NCBI GenBank assembly: GCA_036844865.1
Contig: DAIUEZ010000001.1
Coordinates: 1-63,110, forward strand
From: Nitrososphaera sp.
GTDB lineage: Archaea > Thermoproteota > Nitrososphaeria > Nitrososphaerales > Nitrososphaeraceae
DNA: 63,110 bases
Reading direction: 5' to 3'
Part shown: in pieces, positions 29,651 to 40,033 of the stretch
How the letters are laid out: every line of letters begins with the position of its first letter
Position numbering within the stretch: position 1 is the stretch's first letter
Notes under the pieces: generated by a model
What the model saw: only the letters and a program-made list of their open reading frames with translations
What the model was told of the DNA's origin: nothing
Database searches by the model: none
Program-made: the position numbers and the translations under genes

Positions 29651-30442
29651 AGCACCTTCAAGTGTCTTGCTGCAGGTACATTTGTTTCTTTCTGCAGGAA
29701 TCGTGGCCACCAACTCTGCAATCAATTTCTTTGTCTTTTCTGCATTCTTGGCAAGTGTCTCAATTATCTCTGCAGAGGTCACCGGATGATTTGCCCAAAC
29801 ATCATAGTCAGTGATGGTAGCTATAGATAAGTAACATATTTGGGCTTCTCTTGCAAGGTTAACCTCTGGTACAAGCGTCATGCCAATAATATCTGCCTTA
29901 ATCACGTCACGGAAGAACCTTGATTCCGCTCTGGTTGAAAAGCGGGGCCCTTCAATGCAGATGTATGTTCCCCTGCTGTGCAGTGAATACTTTAGTTTCT
30001 TTATTTTATCAATCACAATATCGCGTAGTTCCGGGCAAAACGGATCAGCTAAAGAGATATGATATACTTGCCCACCATCGTAGAATGTATAGTGGCGGCG
30101 GTTTTTTGTAAAGTCAATAAATTGATCAGGAATTGAAATATCGCCAGGCTTGAAAGCCTCTTTAAGGCTTCCAACCGCAGATGGGGCAATGATACGTTTT
30201 ACACCCAGCTGCTGTAAAGCCCATATATTTGCTCTATTGTTTATCATGTGAGGGGGTATCCTGTGGCCTCGTCCATGGCGAGGTACAAATGCTGCTTTGA
30301 CCCCTGAATATTCGCCTATTACCACAAGATCGGAGGTCTCGCCATAAGGCGTATGCACCTTGATCTCACGCTTTGCACTAAAAAGTTCTGGGTCATAGAT
30401 TCCAGTACCTCCAATTATGCCAATATCTATGCTATTCTCCAT
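29642..30442 (-). CDS. mtnP: 5'-methylthioadenosine phosphorylase
   Basis: [25 protein letters not shown] and TDYD motifs. Start ATG 30442. Confidence 0.95.
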   Translation of the reverse strand: MENSIDIGIIGGTGIYDPELFSAKREIKVHTPYGETSDLVVIGEYSGVKAAFVPRHGRGHRIPPHMINNRANIWALQQLGVKRIIAPSAVGSLKEAFKPGDISIPDQFIDFTKNRRHYTFYDGGQVYHISLADPFCPELRDIVIDKIKKLKYSLHSRGTYICIEGPRFSTRAESRFFRDVIKADIIGMTLVPEVNLAREAQICYLSIATITDYDVWANHPVTSAEIIETLAKNAEKTKKLIAELVATIPAERNKCTCSKTLEGALV

Positions 30443-30980
30443 GAAAAGCCACCAATGATTCAACATTATAGCCCATCTCGCGCAATCTGTTAGCACCCTT
30501 CAAGTCTGAAAGTTCAATTATGAATGCAAAACCCGCCACCTTTCCACCCAGCTCTTTAATCATCTGCGCAGCGGCTACTGCAGTCCCACCTGTTGCTATC
30601 AGGTCATCAGCGATCAGTATGTTGTTGCCTTTGTCTATCGCATCTTGCTGGAGCTCCATTATCGCGCTGCCGTATTCAATATCATATGATTTCTTAACAG
30701 TTCTGCCTGGCAGCTTGCCTGCCTTGCGAATCATTACAATACCCTTGCCGAATCTGAGGGCAAGTGCTGTAGCTATGATAAAGCCCCTTGATTCGATGCC
30801 AGCAACCATATCTACTTTTGCCTTGCTATAAATACGGTAGAACTCATCGGCGATATAGTTCAAGGCATCATTTCTTTTGAAAACAGGATTTATGTCGCGG
30901 AACAGTATCCCTTGCTTGGGGAAATCAGGATAGTTGACTATTATCTCGCGCAGGTTGACTTGCTTGGCTTTTGCGCCCAC
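30432..30980 (-). CDS. apt: Adenine phosphoribosyltransferase
   Basis: [26 protein letters not shown] and [10 protein letters not shown] motifs. Confidence 0.96.
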   Translation of the reverse strand: MGAKAKQVNLREIIVNYPDFPKQGILFRDINPVFKRNDALNYIADEFYRIYSKAKVDMVAGIESRGFIIATALALRFGKGIVMIRKAGKLPGRTVKKSYDIEYGSAIMELQQDAIDKGNNILIADDLIATGGTAVAAAQMIKELGGKVAGFAFIIELSDLKGANRLREMGYNVESLVAFHGE

Positions 30981-31066
30981 ATCAGTAAGGCCATATTCTG
31001 GTTGTAAAAAGATTGCGAAGTCACTACCACTATACTTTATACAGCTCTAATGCGCATTAAATAATA

Positions 31067-31570
31067 ATGCTTACAGAACAGCAGATGCAGTTTGTAGAGA
31101 AGATTGCAAGCCTGAAGGACTTTGATGAGACCTTTGAATTAGTGAAGGCAGTAGTCCTGCAAAAGTTCAAGCTACATAGAGCAGGACTAAGCCTGATATT
31201 GCAAATGATGCCAAGCAGCCTTGGCGCCTACCATATGCTAGGCTCAAATGCAATAGTGGTCAATACTTATCTCTTGACTACGTTGAAAAAGATAGTCAAA
31301 TCAACTGAAGAGTACAACTCTTACATATTCATGGTGTTGGCCCATGAATACCTCCACAGCCTTGGAATTGTAGAGGAGAACACCGTGCGCCAGATGACTT
31401 TTGAGTTGTGCAAGTGGATGTTGGGTAATGATCATGCCGCAACTAAGATGGCGAAGAATGGCCCGTCCGCTATATACCCTGAGTTAAGGTCATTGATGCA
31501 GTCACAGTTTGGTAGGGATTTTCAAGTTGTGAGGAACTTTGACAGGACCAACCAGACCTATATCCAATAA
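31067..31570 (+). CDS. Small HEXXH-motif putative zinc metalloprotein
   Basis: VLAHEYLHSLG with a downstream E and H. Confidence 0.75.
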   Translation: MLTEQQMQFVEKIASLKDFDETFELVKAVVLQKFKLHRAGLSLILQMMPSSLGAYHMLGSNAIVVNTYLLTTLKKIVKSTEEYNSYIFMVLAHEYLHSLGIVEENTVRQMTFELCKWMLGNDHAATKMAKNGPSAIYPELRSLMQSQFGRDFQVVRNFDRTNQTYIQ

Positions 31571-32095
31571 TCTTATGTATTGTATTACGCATATTCAATG
31601 TTGATTGAGCGACACTTTGAGGAGAAATAGTAGATATGGATAAGAGGCGTTAAAATTGAAGATGCCATCTTTGCCATAAAAGTATCAGCAGCGGAAACAA
31701 AATTAGCGGGATGTTGAAGGCACTGGTTGAAAGATCTAGAGATGAATACTAATCTTATAGTAATTTCATTAAATTGAAACACAGAAAACTAAGGCCTAGG
31801 TCAAGTCATTTGAAGAGTGAGAAAAGCTTTCAGGTACTTGCTCAATCGGGCAATTCTAGCTGTAGGCCGGTCCAAGAAGGTATTATTCTAAGGAAGAATA
31901 TGTAAAGATGATGCTGACAAGGATTTCTTGCTCCTGCCAAAAAGTGCGAACGAGCTGCCACGAGATTAGCTGATTGATGGGTAAGGTTTCAGGCACAAAC
32001 TAGCTTGCCTCAGATCTGTGTAAAAATTACAACAAATGATGCTATTTCTTTGCCATATTGCACTTGAGAAAGTATAATAAACATCCAAGTGCTAT

Positions 32096-33622
32096 ATGTC
32101 TTATATGCCGATTAAGAACGGGGCAGAATATATTGAAAGCCTCAGAGGTAGAAATCTAAAGATATACCTTTTTGGAGAGCTCGTAAAAGAGCCAGTTGAT
32201 CACCCAATGATCCGGCCATCAATAAATGCAGTGGCAGAGACCTATGACCTTGCGGCGGAAGACCCACAACTTGCTGCCCCCCATTCTTCATTGACGGGCT
32301 TGCAAGTCAACAGGTTCTTGCACATTGTAGAAAGCGCGCAGGATCTAGTTGACCAGAACAGGATGCAAAGGAAGCTTGGACAGCTCACTGGCACCTGCTT
32401 CCAGCGTTGCGTAGGCATGGATGCGCTTAACTCATTATATTCAACTACGTATGAAATCGACCAAAAGCATGGCACTGAATATCATAAGCGTCTAGTCGAA
32501 TTCGTCAAGATGTTGCAACGGGAAAATTTGATGATCGGTGGTGCCATGACAGACGTGAAGGGTGACCGTGGCCTGTCGCCTTCGCAACAGGAAGACCCTG
32601 ACATGTTTGTGCATGTTACAAAGCGCGACAGTAAAGGCATATACATCAGCGGCGCAAAAGCTCACCAGACTGGTTGCATCAACTCCCACTGGATAATCGC
32701 CATGCCTACAATGAGATTGAAGTCTGAAGATAAAGATTATGCAATAATTGGCGCAATCCCTGTCGATGCTCCAGGCATTACCTACATCTATGGGAGACAG
32801 TCTTGTGATACAAGAAGTATGGAAGGAGGCAATATTGACGCAGGGAATGCCATGTATTCCGGCCAAGAAGCCATGATAATCTTCAAGGATGTTTTCATTC
32901 CAAACCATCTGATATTCATGGATGGCGAATATGAGTTTGCCTCAATGTTGGTTGAACGCTTTACTTGCTATCATCGTCGAAGCTATGTGTGCAAGACTGG
33001 TCTTGGCGATATCCTAATTGGAGCCTCTGCAGCCATTGCAGACTATAATGGTGTGGCAAACGCATCACACATCAAAGACAAGCTGGTTGAAATGACGCAC
33101 CTCAATGAGACAATATTTGCGGCAGGCATTGCATCCTCGTATCGAGCGCACAAAACATCAGCGGGTAACTGGCAAAATGACGATATGCTAGCAAATGTCT
33201 GTAAGCACAACGTCACTAGGTTTCCATATGAAATAGGAAGGCTCGCACAAGACATTGCAGGCGGACTTGTAGTGACAATGCCGTCTGAGAAGGAGTTTCG
33301 CAATCCTGAGACTGGACCTCTGCTTGAAAAATACCTAAAGGGTCGGAAAGGCGTCTCAACAGAGAACAGGATGAGAGTGTTAAGGCTAATTGAAAATATG
33401 ACTCTTGGGCGAAATGCAGTAGGCTACCTAACAGAGTCAATGCATGGCGCAGGATCGCCTCAGGCGCAAAGAATCCAGATTGCGCGCCAGATGCAGCTTG
33501 AAACCAAGAAAAAGCTTGCAAAGAGGCTTGCACAAATCAAGGAGGGTGAAGCTGAAGAAATGGCGCCTGAGTCTACAGAATATTTTGATAGAATATTCAA
33601 TACAAAGAATAAATTAGAATAA
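32096..33622 (+). CDS. abfD: 4-hydroxybutyryl-CoA dehydratase (3HP/4HB cycle)
   Basis: TCFQRCVGMD, GAMTDVKGDR, YHRRSYVCK (Fe-S ligands) and ESMHGAGSPQAQ motifs. Confidence 0.96.
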   Translation: MSYMPIKNGAEYIESLRGRNLKIYLFGELVKEPVDHPMIRPSINAVAETYDLAAEDPQLAAPHSSLTGLQVNRFLHIVESAQDLVDQNRMQRKLGQLTGTCFQRCVGMDALNSLYSTTYEIDQKHGTEYHKRLVEFVKMLQRENLMIGGAMTDVKGDRGLSPSQQEDPDMFVHVTKRDSKGIYISGAKAHQTGCINSHWIIAMPTMRLKSEDKDYAIIGAIPVDAPGITYIYGRQSCDTRSMEGGNIDAGNAMYSGQEAMIIFKDVFIPNHLIFMDGEYEFASMLVERFTCYHRRSYVCKTGLGDILIGASAAIADYNGVANASHIKDKLVEMTHLNETIFAAGIASSYRAHKTSAGNWQNDDMLANVCKHNVTRFPYEIGRLAQDIAGGLVVTMPSEKEFRNPETGPLLEKYLKGRKGVSTENRMRVLRLIENMTLGRNAVGYLTESMHGAGSPQAQRIQIARQMQLETKKKLAKRLAQIKEGEAEEMAPESTEYFDRIFNTKNKLE

Positions 33623-33769
33623 GCTTATTATAATATGAGCCAATGAGTGCAGAGCCTATAGCGATTTTTCAGCCATTGCTTTTTGCTTACCTTCAAGGAA
33701 TTTGATCTCAAAAAGGATTATTTATCAGTTCAACACAATTATTATGGTATTACTCCGGGGTTGTGTTGA

Positions 33770-34168
33770 TTGAAATTAAGCGAAGCTCAAATTGAGGATA
33801 TCACTGGCAAAGTTTTTCGTACTATAATTAGCAATGGCAAAGATGGTATACTGCAGTCAGAGCTTTGGAAGGAACTTGACTTGACAAGCCGCGATGGCTC
33901 TCGAGTTGCGATCCGGCTTGAAAAACGTTCATTGATTCGGCGCGAAAAAATGTTAGAAAACGGCCGGTGGACGTACAGACTTTTTGCAGTAAAGCTGCCG
34001 GTTGACACTACAAGCATCGAACAGGCCCCCTGTTTGACATGTCCTTTTGAGCATATGTGCTCTGTAGAAGGTTCTTACAGCCCGACAAGCTGTAATTTAA
34101 TTGAGGAATGGCTCATCAAATCTTTTGACAATGCAAGCCTGAAGCCTCCAAAACTTTATAAAAAATGA
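33770..34168 (+). CDS. TFE-beta (Rpc34/C39 homologue): winged helix plus Fe-S domain
   Basis: GILQSELWK.L.L.SR.GSR winged helix; C-terminal PCLTCP...C...SPTSC...EW four-Cys cluster. Confidence 0.85.
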   Translation: MKLSEAQIEDITGKVFRTIISNGKDGILQSELWKELDLTSRDGSRVAIRLEKRSLIRREKMLENGRWTYRLFAVKLPVDTTSIEQAPCLTCPFEHMCSVEGSYSPTSCNLIEEWLIKSFDNASLKPPKLYKK

Positions 34169-34758
34169 GACTTGCTGACGCTCGACGTGACCAATACCGG
34201 CGACTGGCAAAGGATCAGGGATATCGCGCAAGGTCAGCTTACAAGCTGCTGCAAATGAACCGCTCTTATAATATTGTCAAAAAGGGTGATAAGGTAGTTG
34301 ATCTTGGGTGTGCACCAGGAGGGTGGCTGCAGGTAGCCGTGAAGGAAGTGAAGTCATCGGGGAAGGTCATCGGGATAGACCTCAAGCCAGTTAGTCCAGT
34401 TGCTGGTGCAATAATTCTGCAAGGCAGCATAGAGGATCCAAACATGCTAAGCAAAATAGCTGAAATCTTAAGCTGCAAGGCCGATGTTGTACTCTCTGAT
34501 TTAGCTCCAAATGTAAGCGGCGTATGGGATATAGATCATGCAAGGCAGATCTCCCTTTCCACGATTGCGTTACAGTTTGCACAGCATGTGCTAAGAATAG
34601 GCGGAAGCAGTGTATTCAAGGTGTTTGAGGGCGACATGCTAGAAGAGTTCAAATCGGAATTACGGAAGAGCTTTGGTAAAGTGCTTTTAAACAAACCCTC
34701 TGCAAGTCGACAAGAGAGTAGTGAATTATACCTCGTCTGCTTAAACTTTAAACAATGA
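34165..34758 (+). CDS. rlmE: 23S rRNA Um2552 methyltransferase
   Basis: YRARSAYKL, DLGCAPGGW, SDLAP and KPSASR..SSE motifs. Confidence 0.96.
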   Translation: MRLADARRDQYRRLAKDQGYRARSAYKLLQMNRSYNIVKKGDKVVDLGCAPGGWLQVAVKEVKSSGKVIGIDLKPVSPVAGAIILQGSIEDPNMLSKIAEILSCKADVVLSDLAPNVSGVWDIDHARQISLSTIALQFAQHVLRIGGSSVFKVFEGDMLEEFKSELRKSFGKVLLNKPSASRQESSELYLVCLNFKQ

Positions 34759-35369
34759 ACTCCAAAATATTCATTCTAATTGATGGCCTAAAGCATAAAA
34801 TGCCAATTTGGCATGCGGCCTAAGATCACCTGATACGTGATGAGATTTTGCTCTACACCTAAAGCAGTGTGGAACATCTTACTGCAATAATTTCATCTAT
34901 TGTTGCAAGCTGAGTCAAAAACCAGCGGGATAACAGACAGTTATAGAACACAGCCAGGTTTTAAGGCATATGTACACCATTGCTCAGATTGAGTTGTAGC
35001 TGTAGATTTTTCGACGATTTTAATGAATTTACCTCTGCTAATGGCCTTTCTTATAACACCTTTTTTCCTTTAAAACTGGCATATGTAGATAAGTTCTTGA
35101 CCAATGCCAAGCAGTTACAAAAATTATCCTTACATTATGGTTTATCGCCTTCACCTATTAGGCACTTATGTTCAAACCAGCATAGGCTGGAAGGCCGTCG
35201 CTCAAGTAACTTTTGTCTCTTCAAACAGGAAGAAGGCTCTCTCATTATATAAATAAGATTTCTATATGACAATGAGCCGTTAACCTCGCTTTTTAATAAA
35301 ACCAATAATTCCGCTTATTAGAAAGCGGATTAAATTAATTAATCTATGAAGAATTCAATATAGGTACCG

Positions 35370-36524
35370 ATGCCGTATTCTATGAACCACACCAGCGTAA
35401 AAAGCACAAGCAAAGAAGAAGCTGCTTATAGCAAGATCTTGGTGCTCTGCATAGACAGGGATAACGACATTGGCTCAAAGGGCGGCATTGAGACACCAAT
35501 AGTTGGCCGTGATGCGTGCATCAATGCTGGCACTAGGCTTGCACTTGAGGATCCAGAGGATGCAGACTCTAACGCCATTTTTGGCGCAGTCAAGACATAT
35601 GAGGAACTTGTGAGCAAGGGCTACGATGCTGAGGTTGCTGTAGTGGCTGGCAAGTTCAATAGGGGCGTAGAGGCTGATGAGAAGATAAGCCTTGAAGTGA
35701 AAGGTATACTTGAGAAATATCGCGCAGATGGCGCAGTTATTGTCTCTGATGGCGAGGACGACGAGACAATCCTACCTGTCATTCAATCAAGGGTACCTGT
35801 GATATCTGTGCGGCGTGTAATTATCCGGCATAGCAGAAGTGTTGAATATTCGTACGCAGTGCTGGGCCGATATCTTAGAATGCTAGTTTATGATTCTCAG
35901 TATTCAAAGTTCTTTTTAGGCGTTCCTGGTATCCTACTAGCGGCAGGGGCACTCGCCGTCATATTCGATGCGGCAAAGTGGATAACTGCAATAGTGCTTG
36001 CAATTCTTGGCGGTGCATTCATAGTCAGGGCATTTGACATCGACAAGGCATTTAGTTCGTTTGGCAGGCTGACTCCAACATCCTTTATTAAGATATTCTC
36101 AATCATTGGCGGCGTGCTTATTATACTTGCAGCCATTGCAAACGGTATATCCAACATACCATCCGATACGCTTACCCCTGGAATGAGTGCATTTGACATA
36201 GTTTCAAATAGGACCATAGTGGGAAGATTTGCCGACAGCACGATAACTCTGCTATGGATAGGGATCGCTACAATTCTTGGCGGTATACTGTTGAGCGATT
36301 GGTTCAAAGGAAGCAGTAGGATTATGTCTGATATACTGCGCCTTACCGTGCTTGCGCTGCTCTATATCCCACTACTACAGTTTACATCTGTGCTTACAGA
36401 AGGCACAAACCCATTTACGCTCATCTCATCTCTGCTGATAGGCCTTGCAGTATCGCTTGTAGCTGCAACTGTCCTTTACTATTATTTTAGGAATAGAAAA
36501 GGCGGCGAGGTTCTGAAACACTAA
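35370..36524 (+). CDS. DUF373 family membrane protein
   Basis: LVLCIDRDNDIG, DPEDADSN and VSDGEDDE motifs, followed by several TM helices. Confidence 0.9.
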   Translation: MPYSMNHTSVKSTSKEEAAYSKILVLCIDRDNDIGSKGGIETPIVGRDACINAGTRLALEDPEDADSNAIFGAVKTYEELVSKGYDAEVAVVAGKFNRGVEADEKISLEVKGILEKYRADGAVIVSDGEDDETILPVIQSRVPVISVRRVIIRHSRSVEYSYAVLGRYLRMLVYDSQYSKFFLGVPGILLAAGALAVIFDAAKWITAIVLAILGGAFIVRAFDIDKAFSSFGRLTPTSFIKIFSIIGGVLIILAAIANGISNIPSDTLTPGMSAFDIVSNRTIVGRFADSTITLLWIGIATILGGILLSDWFKGSSRIMSDILRLTVLALLYIPLLQFTSVLTEGTNPFTLISSLLIGLAVSLVAATVLYYYFRNRKGGEVLKH

Positions 36525-36553
36525 TGTAAAGGTGACTGCAACAAAAAATTACC

Positions 36554-36721
36554 ATGCCTCCTCAGCACGGAGACTATGATCCAAAACAGCAAAAATGGTT
36601 TTGCGGTTACTGGATGTCTAAAGAAGAATGGTTAGACATACATAACTATCCAGTGCATGCTCTACTGCAGGATCAAGAGAAGGAGCCAACAGCAAAAGAG
36701 AATGACTATGACAAAGAATGA
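36554..36721 (+). CDS. 55-aa microprotein
   Basis: Hand translation MPPQHGDYDPKQQKWFCGYWMSKEEWLDIHNYPVHALLQDQEKEPTAKENDYDKE; it fills the intergenic gap. Confidence 0.65.
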   Translation: MPPQHGDYDPKQQKWFCGYWMSKEEWLDIHNYPVHALLQDQEKEPTAKENDYDKE

Positions 36722-36763
36722 CACTGCAAAAAACTTACAAATAACCAGATCAATCACAGACTA

Positions 36764-37198
36764 TTGATAGATGAGCGGTCGGCCGGTGCAGTAGTGTTTT
36801 ATATGGAAGACAATTCTGAGCCGGAATATCTGTTATTGCATTACTCCGCTGGCCACTGGGACTTTCCAAAGGGTAACATTGAGGCTGGCGAAAACGAGAT
36901 GCAGACCGCTACTCGTGAAATTCAGGAAGAAACCTGCATTACTGATGTTGAATTTTTAGATGGCTTCCGCATGAAAATTGAATACAAATACAGACATGGT
37001 AAGAAGCTCGTGCGAAAGGAGGTTGTGTTGTATCTTGCACGGACACACACACATACAGTGATCCTTTCACATGAGCACATTGGCTTTGCATGGAGAAAAT
37101 TCGATGACGCAATGCAGCAACTAACCTATCTAAACGCCAAAAACCTACTATCAGCTGCAAAAAAATATCTTCAGCAACACTCACTTGCCTATCGATAA
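36764..37198 (+). CDS. NUDIX hydrolase (Ap4A hydrolase-like)
   Basis: HWDFPKG-NIEAGE...ATREIQEET Nudix box and LSHEH. Confidence 0.92.
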   Translation: MIDERSAGAVVFYMEDNSEPEYLLLHYSAGHWDFPKGNIEAGENEMQTATREIQEETCITDVEFLDGFRMKIEYKYRHGKKLVRKEVVLYLARTHTHTVILSHEHIGFAWRKFDDAMQQLTYLNAKNLLSAAKKYLQQHSLAYR

Positions 37199-37915
37199 AA
37201 TTCTGTTTTGGATTTCTCCTACGACCTTGGCAGGCTGCTTGGCCTCAACTATTGACCTGCCGATTATTAAATAATCTGCGCCGTCTTTGATTGCCTGCTC
37301 TGAATCGCCGCCCTGCGTCCCGACTCCAGGCGAATACACTGGCAGTCGCCCCGCGACCTTTTTTAAAATCTTATGTTGGGTTGCGCCCACGACTATACCG
37401 TCGACACCTGCACTCTCGGCCCTTTCAAAAAACATTTTGTATAACCCGCGTCCACGTATTTTGAGCCCAAAGCCCTCCTTTGCTTCTGGGTGGCTCATGT
37501 ATACAAGCGCAATGATGCCGGCATCTGCCTTGTGCGCCTTTTGTACTAGCGAAGCAAGCGTGTCTCTGCCAATAAAGGGATTTGCTATGGCAGCATCAAA
37601 GCCCATCTTTATTAGGTGGTCAATGGCAACAGCATTGGTGGCTTCAATGTCGTTCAGCTTGATGTCTGCTATCGATTGTAGCCCAAAAGAGTGGGCCAGT
37701 TTGTTTATGTGCAAAATCTCAGACGCAGAGAGAGGTAGGATAATATGGAAGTTCATCTTGACAGCGCAAATGTGGTGCTCGACTGCACAGATGGTTTTTA
37801 CTGCAAATTCTGGCAGCCTTTGATTGCCTCGTGATCTAGGGTCAAGGGCAAGAACTATTGGGCTTTTTTTTTCTATAGCCGCTGTGGCAATTCTTTGCAA
37901 AAATGGCCTAGTCAT
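37181..37915 (-). CDS. pyrF: Orotidine 5'-phosphate decarboxylase
   Basis: LALD, ADIKLNDI, PGVGTQGG and IIGRSI motifs. Confidence 0.95.
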   Translation of the reverse strand: MTRPFLQRIATAAIEKKSPIVLALDPRSRGNQRLPEFAVKTICAVEHHICAVKMNFHIILPLSASEILHINKLAHSFGLQSIADIKLNDIEATNAVAIDHLIKMGFDAAIANPFIGRDTLASLVQKAHKADAGIIALVYMSHPEAKEGFGLKIRGRGLYKMFFERAESAGVDGIVVGATQHKILKKVAGRLPVYSPGVGTQGGDSEQAIKDGADYLIIGRSIVEAKQPAKVVGEIQNRILSIGK

Positions 37916-38588
37916 AGGTCTTTACCAGCGGGTGATCCTCTGCCAGTCTTATCACCTTGAGATAAACGTATCCGTGTTCATCCAGCCTTGTCAAGAATGT
38001 TGGCTGATCGGCCCTTTGACCGCTGTAGCGCAAAAATGGCTCTTTTGGTTCTTCTTCCACTGTCACGTAGTAAAAGTATGAAATGGTCTCATTGTCATTT
38101 GCACTCATTGCAGTGCCTAGTACGATCTTGCCTTTACGTTCTTTAAATAGAAAGAGCGGCAAGGGAGGCTCATCGTATATTGTCTTATAGGCTGCCGCCT
38201 TGGCAAGGCTTGGTAGATCTTTAAGCTTTATGACTGTATAGCCCGATCGTTTGTCAATCCTCGCAGATCTTGCAAGCGAGCGAGGGAACTTTTCCACTTT
38301 GAGAATAGGCGAGTATACATATGTGGGATTGTCAACCGAGCTGGCAAGCAACACTTCTTCAATGCCGTTGCTTACTCTGTAGGCCAGGTATTGACCCTCC
38401 TTTGAGTCTTCCTGCGCATAAAAGATCACAGGTCTTCCGTTGATGATGTCAGTCTGAACAGCAAGTACTTCGTGCCTGTTAAACTGAAGTGAAAATGCAG
38501 GCAAAGGAGTCCGCTCCAGCGCGCATACTAACCTGCCAAAATCCCTGAGGCTTGCAAGCGCGATATAGCATGGAGCCTTTAACTGCAA
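37908..38588 (-). CDS. Uncharacterised protein with an internal tandem domain duplication
   Basis: Two similar halves of about 105 aa; coupled to pyrF. Confidence 0.8.
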   Translation of the reverse strand: MQLKAPCYIALASLRDFGRLVCALERTPLPAFSLQFNRHEVLAVQTDIINGRPVIFYAQEDSKEGQYLAYRVSNGIEEVLLASSVDNPTYVYSPILKVEKFPRSLARSARIDKRSGYTVIKLKDLPSLAKAAAYKTIYDEPPLPLFLFKERKGKIVLGTAMSANDNETISYFYYVTVEEEPKEPFLRYSGQRADQPTFLTRLDEHGYVYLKVIRLAEDHPLVKTYD

Positions 38589-38651
38589 ATCGCGATATTG
38601 TTAATACTTACGGTATTAAAGTCATCCGTTGGAGTAGAGGAATAATTATCA

Positions 38652-38951
38652 TTGGAGAAATTGGACAGGCTTGTAGAGCAGGCCAGATCAATTGTTCTTG
38701 AAAATAGCAACCCCGACAGGATGTCGCTATGGCGTGCCTACGTGGCCCTTGAATACGCAATATTAGATCTGAAATTACGTCATGGCCTTGAGGGGAATCC
38801 TCCGCCCAAACCTGCCAAGTCCGCAGACCTCGAGGCTGCAAAGTCCATGATTATGAGGCTTGATCTATCGTCTGGCGACAAGAAAAAATTGCTCTATGAC
38901 CTGCGTTCATGCAGAAATATCATAAAGGCGCTGGTAGCAAGTAAGCTATGA
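38652..38951 (+). CDS. Hypothetical helical protein
   Basis: 99-aa ORF filling the gap, with LWRAYVALEYAILDLKL. Confidence 0.75.
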   Translation: MEKLDRLVEQARSIVLENSNPDRMSLWRAYVALEYAILDLKLRHGLEGNPPPKPAKSADLEAAKSMIMRLDLSSGDKKKLLYDLRSCRNIIKALVASKL

Positions 38952-39953
38952 TGGCCTGCGGTCTATAACATCATAGACCTCTCTTCCCGTACCAATCAGG
39001 GTCACTTTCAAGCCGATCTCGCCTTCAATATTTTCAATGAATTTTTTTGCATTCTCGGGCAACTTTGTGTACTCACGTAAGCCCACACTCTGTGGAAAAA
39101 TGACGTCCAACTTTGTGACTGCAACTTGTGTTGCACTATTGAGCCTGATCGCTTTCTTGGCAAGCTCCATATCAAAGGGCGCAGCCCTCCTCTGCCTGCC
39201 TGTCACGCTCCCGTGCTCGATCCAGCCGCGCTTTCTTGCCTCCTCTTCACTTAGCTCATTCTCAAGCGGCCCGCCGCCAACACGTGTAACATATGCCTTG
39301 AAGACCACTAGTATTTCGTCGACTCTTTTAGGTCCGATGCCAATATGTGAACAGATGCCAGAAGCGGTCACGTCGCTTGATGTGACATAGGGGTACCCAC
39401 CATGAAACAGCGATAAATAAGTGCCTTGTGTCCCTTCCACTATCACATTCTCATTGTTGTGTAGAGCATAGTTAACTGAATTGCTGACATCTTCCATGTA
39501 AAGCGACAATTCTGGAATGTCTCTTGCAAGCTTGAGCCTCCGGAGTGCTCTGTCAGCATTAGCTGGGCCGGTTCCAGTGCCCGTAGTGCCCACCTTGCTC
39601 TTAAGGTAGTCTTCTCCTATGTCACGTTCAATATGTATTTGCTCAATAATGCCGCACTGACTGTCCACAAATGTCCTGTCGTCTGAATGAAACTTTGCTA
39701 TTTCATCTATCAAAACCTGCGGGTTTACAAGTACTCCTGCGCCGACCAAAAGCCTGGTTGTTGGGTTCAGCACAGCACTTGGTAACATGCGCACCTTGTA
39801 CTCCTTGCCTTCAAAAGTAAAAGTATGACCTGCATTTGGACCAACGCCTCCACGCACAGCCACTGAAGGGTTGTCCTTTTTCGCCAAGTAGGCTATAATC
39901 TTGCCTTTTCCTTCATCTCCATAGAATCCTCCAACTGTAACAAGGCATGGCAT
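38946..39953 (-). CDS. purA: Adenylosuccinate synthetase (short archaeal type)
   Basis: GDEGKGK, GPNAGHT, EGTQG, YPYVTS and TGRQRR motifs. Confidence 0.97.
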   Translation of the reverse strand: MPCLVTVGGFYGDEGKGKIIAYLAKKDNPSVAVRGGVGPNAGHTFTFEGKEYKVRMLPSAVLNPTTRLLVGAGVLVNPQVLIDEIAKFHSDDRTFVDSQCGIIEQIHIERDIGEDYLKSKVGTTGTGTGPANADRALRRLKLARDIPELSLYMEDVSNSVNYALHNNENVIVEGTQGTYLSLFHGGYPYVTSSDVTASGICSHIGIGPKRVDEILVVFKAYVTRVGGGPLENELSEEEARKRGWIEHGSVTGRQRRAAPFDMELAKKAIRLNSATQVAVTKLDVIFPQSVGLREYTKLPENAKKFIENIEGEIGLKVTLIGTGREVYDVIDRRPS

Positions 39954-40033
39954 AAGATTCTCTCCTACTAGCGTGGCTATTTAATTCATCCTTAAAATAA
40001 GATAAAAATCCCTGCAATACGCAATCTAATCAC

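Noticed and set aside
34837..34913. Possible box C/D sRNA (GTGATGA...CTGA)
   Set aside because: The C-to-D distance of about 75 nt is long, internal C'/D' boxes are poor, and I could not identify a guide target.
34980..35252. 90-aa ORF in the rlmE-DUF373 gap
   Set aside because: No motif and no convincing start context.
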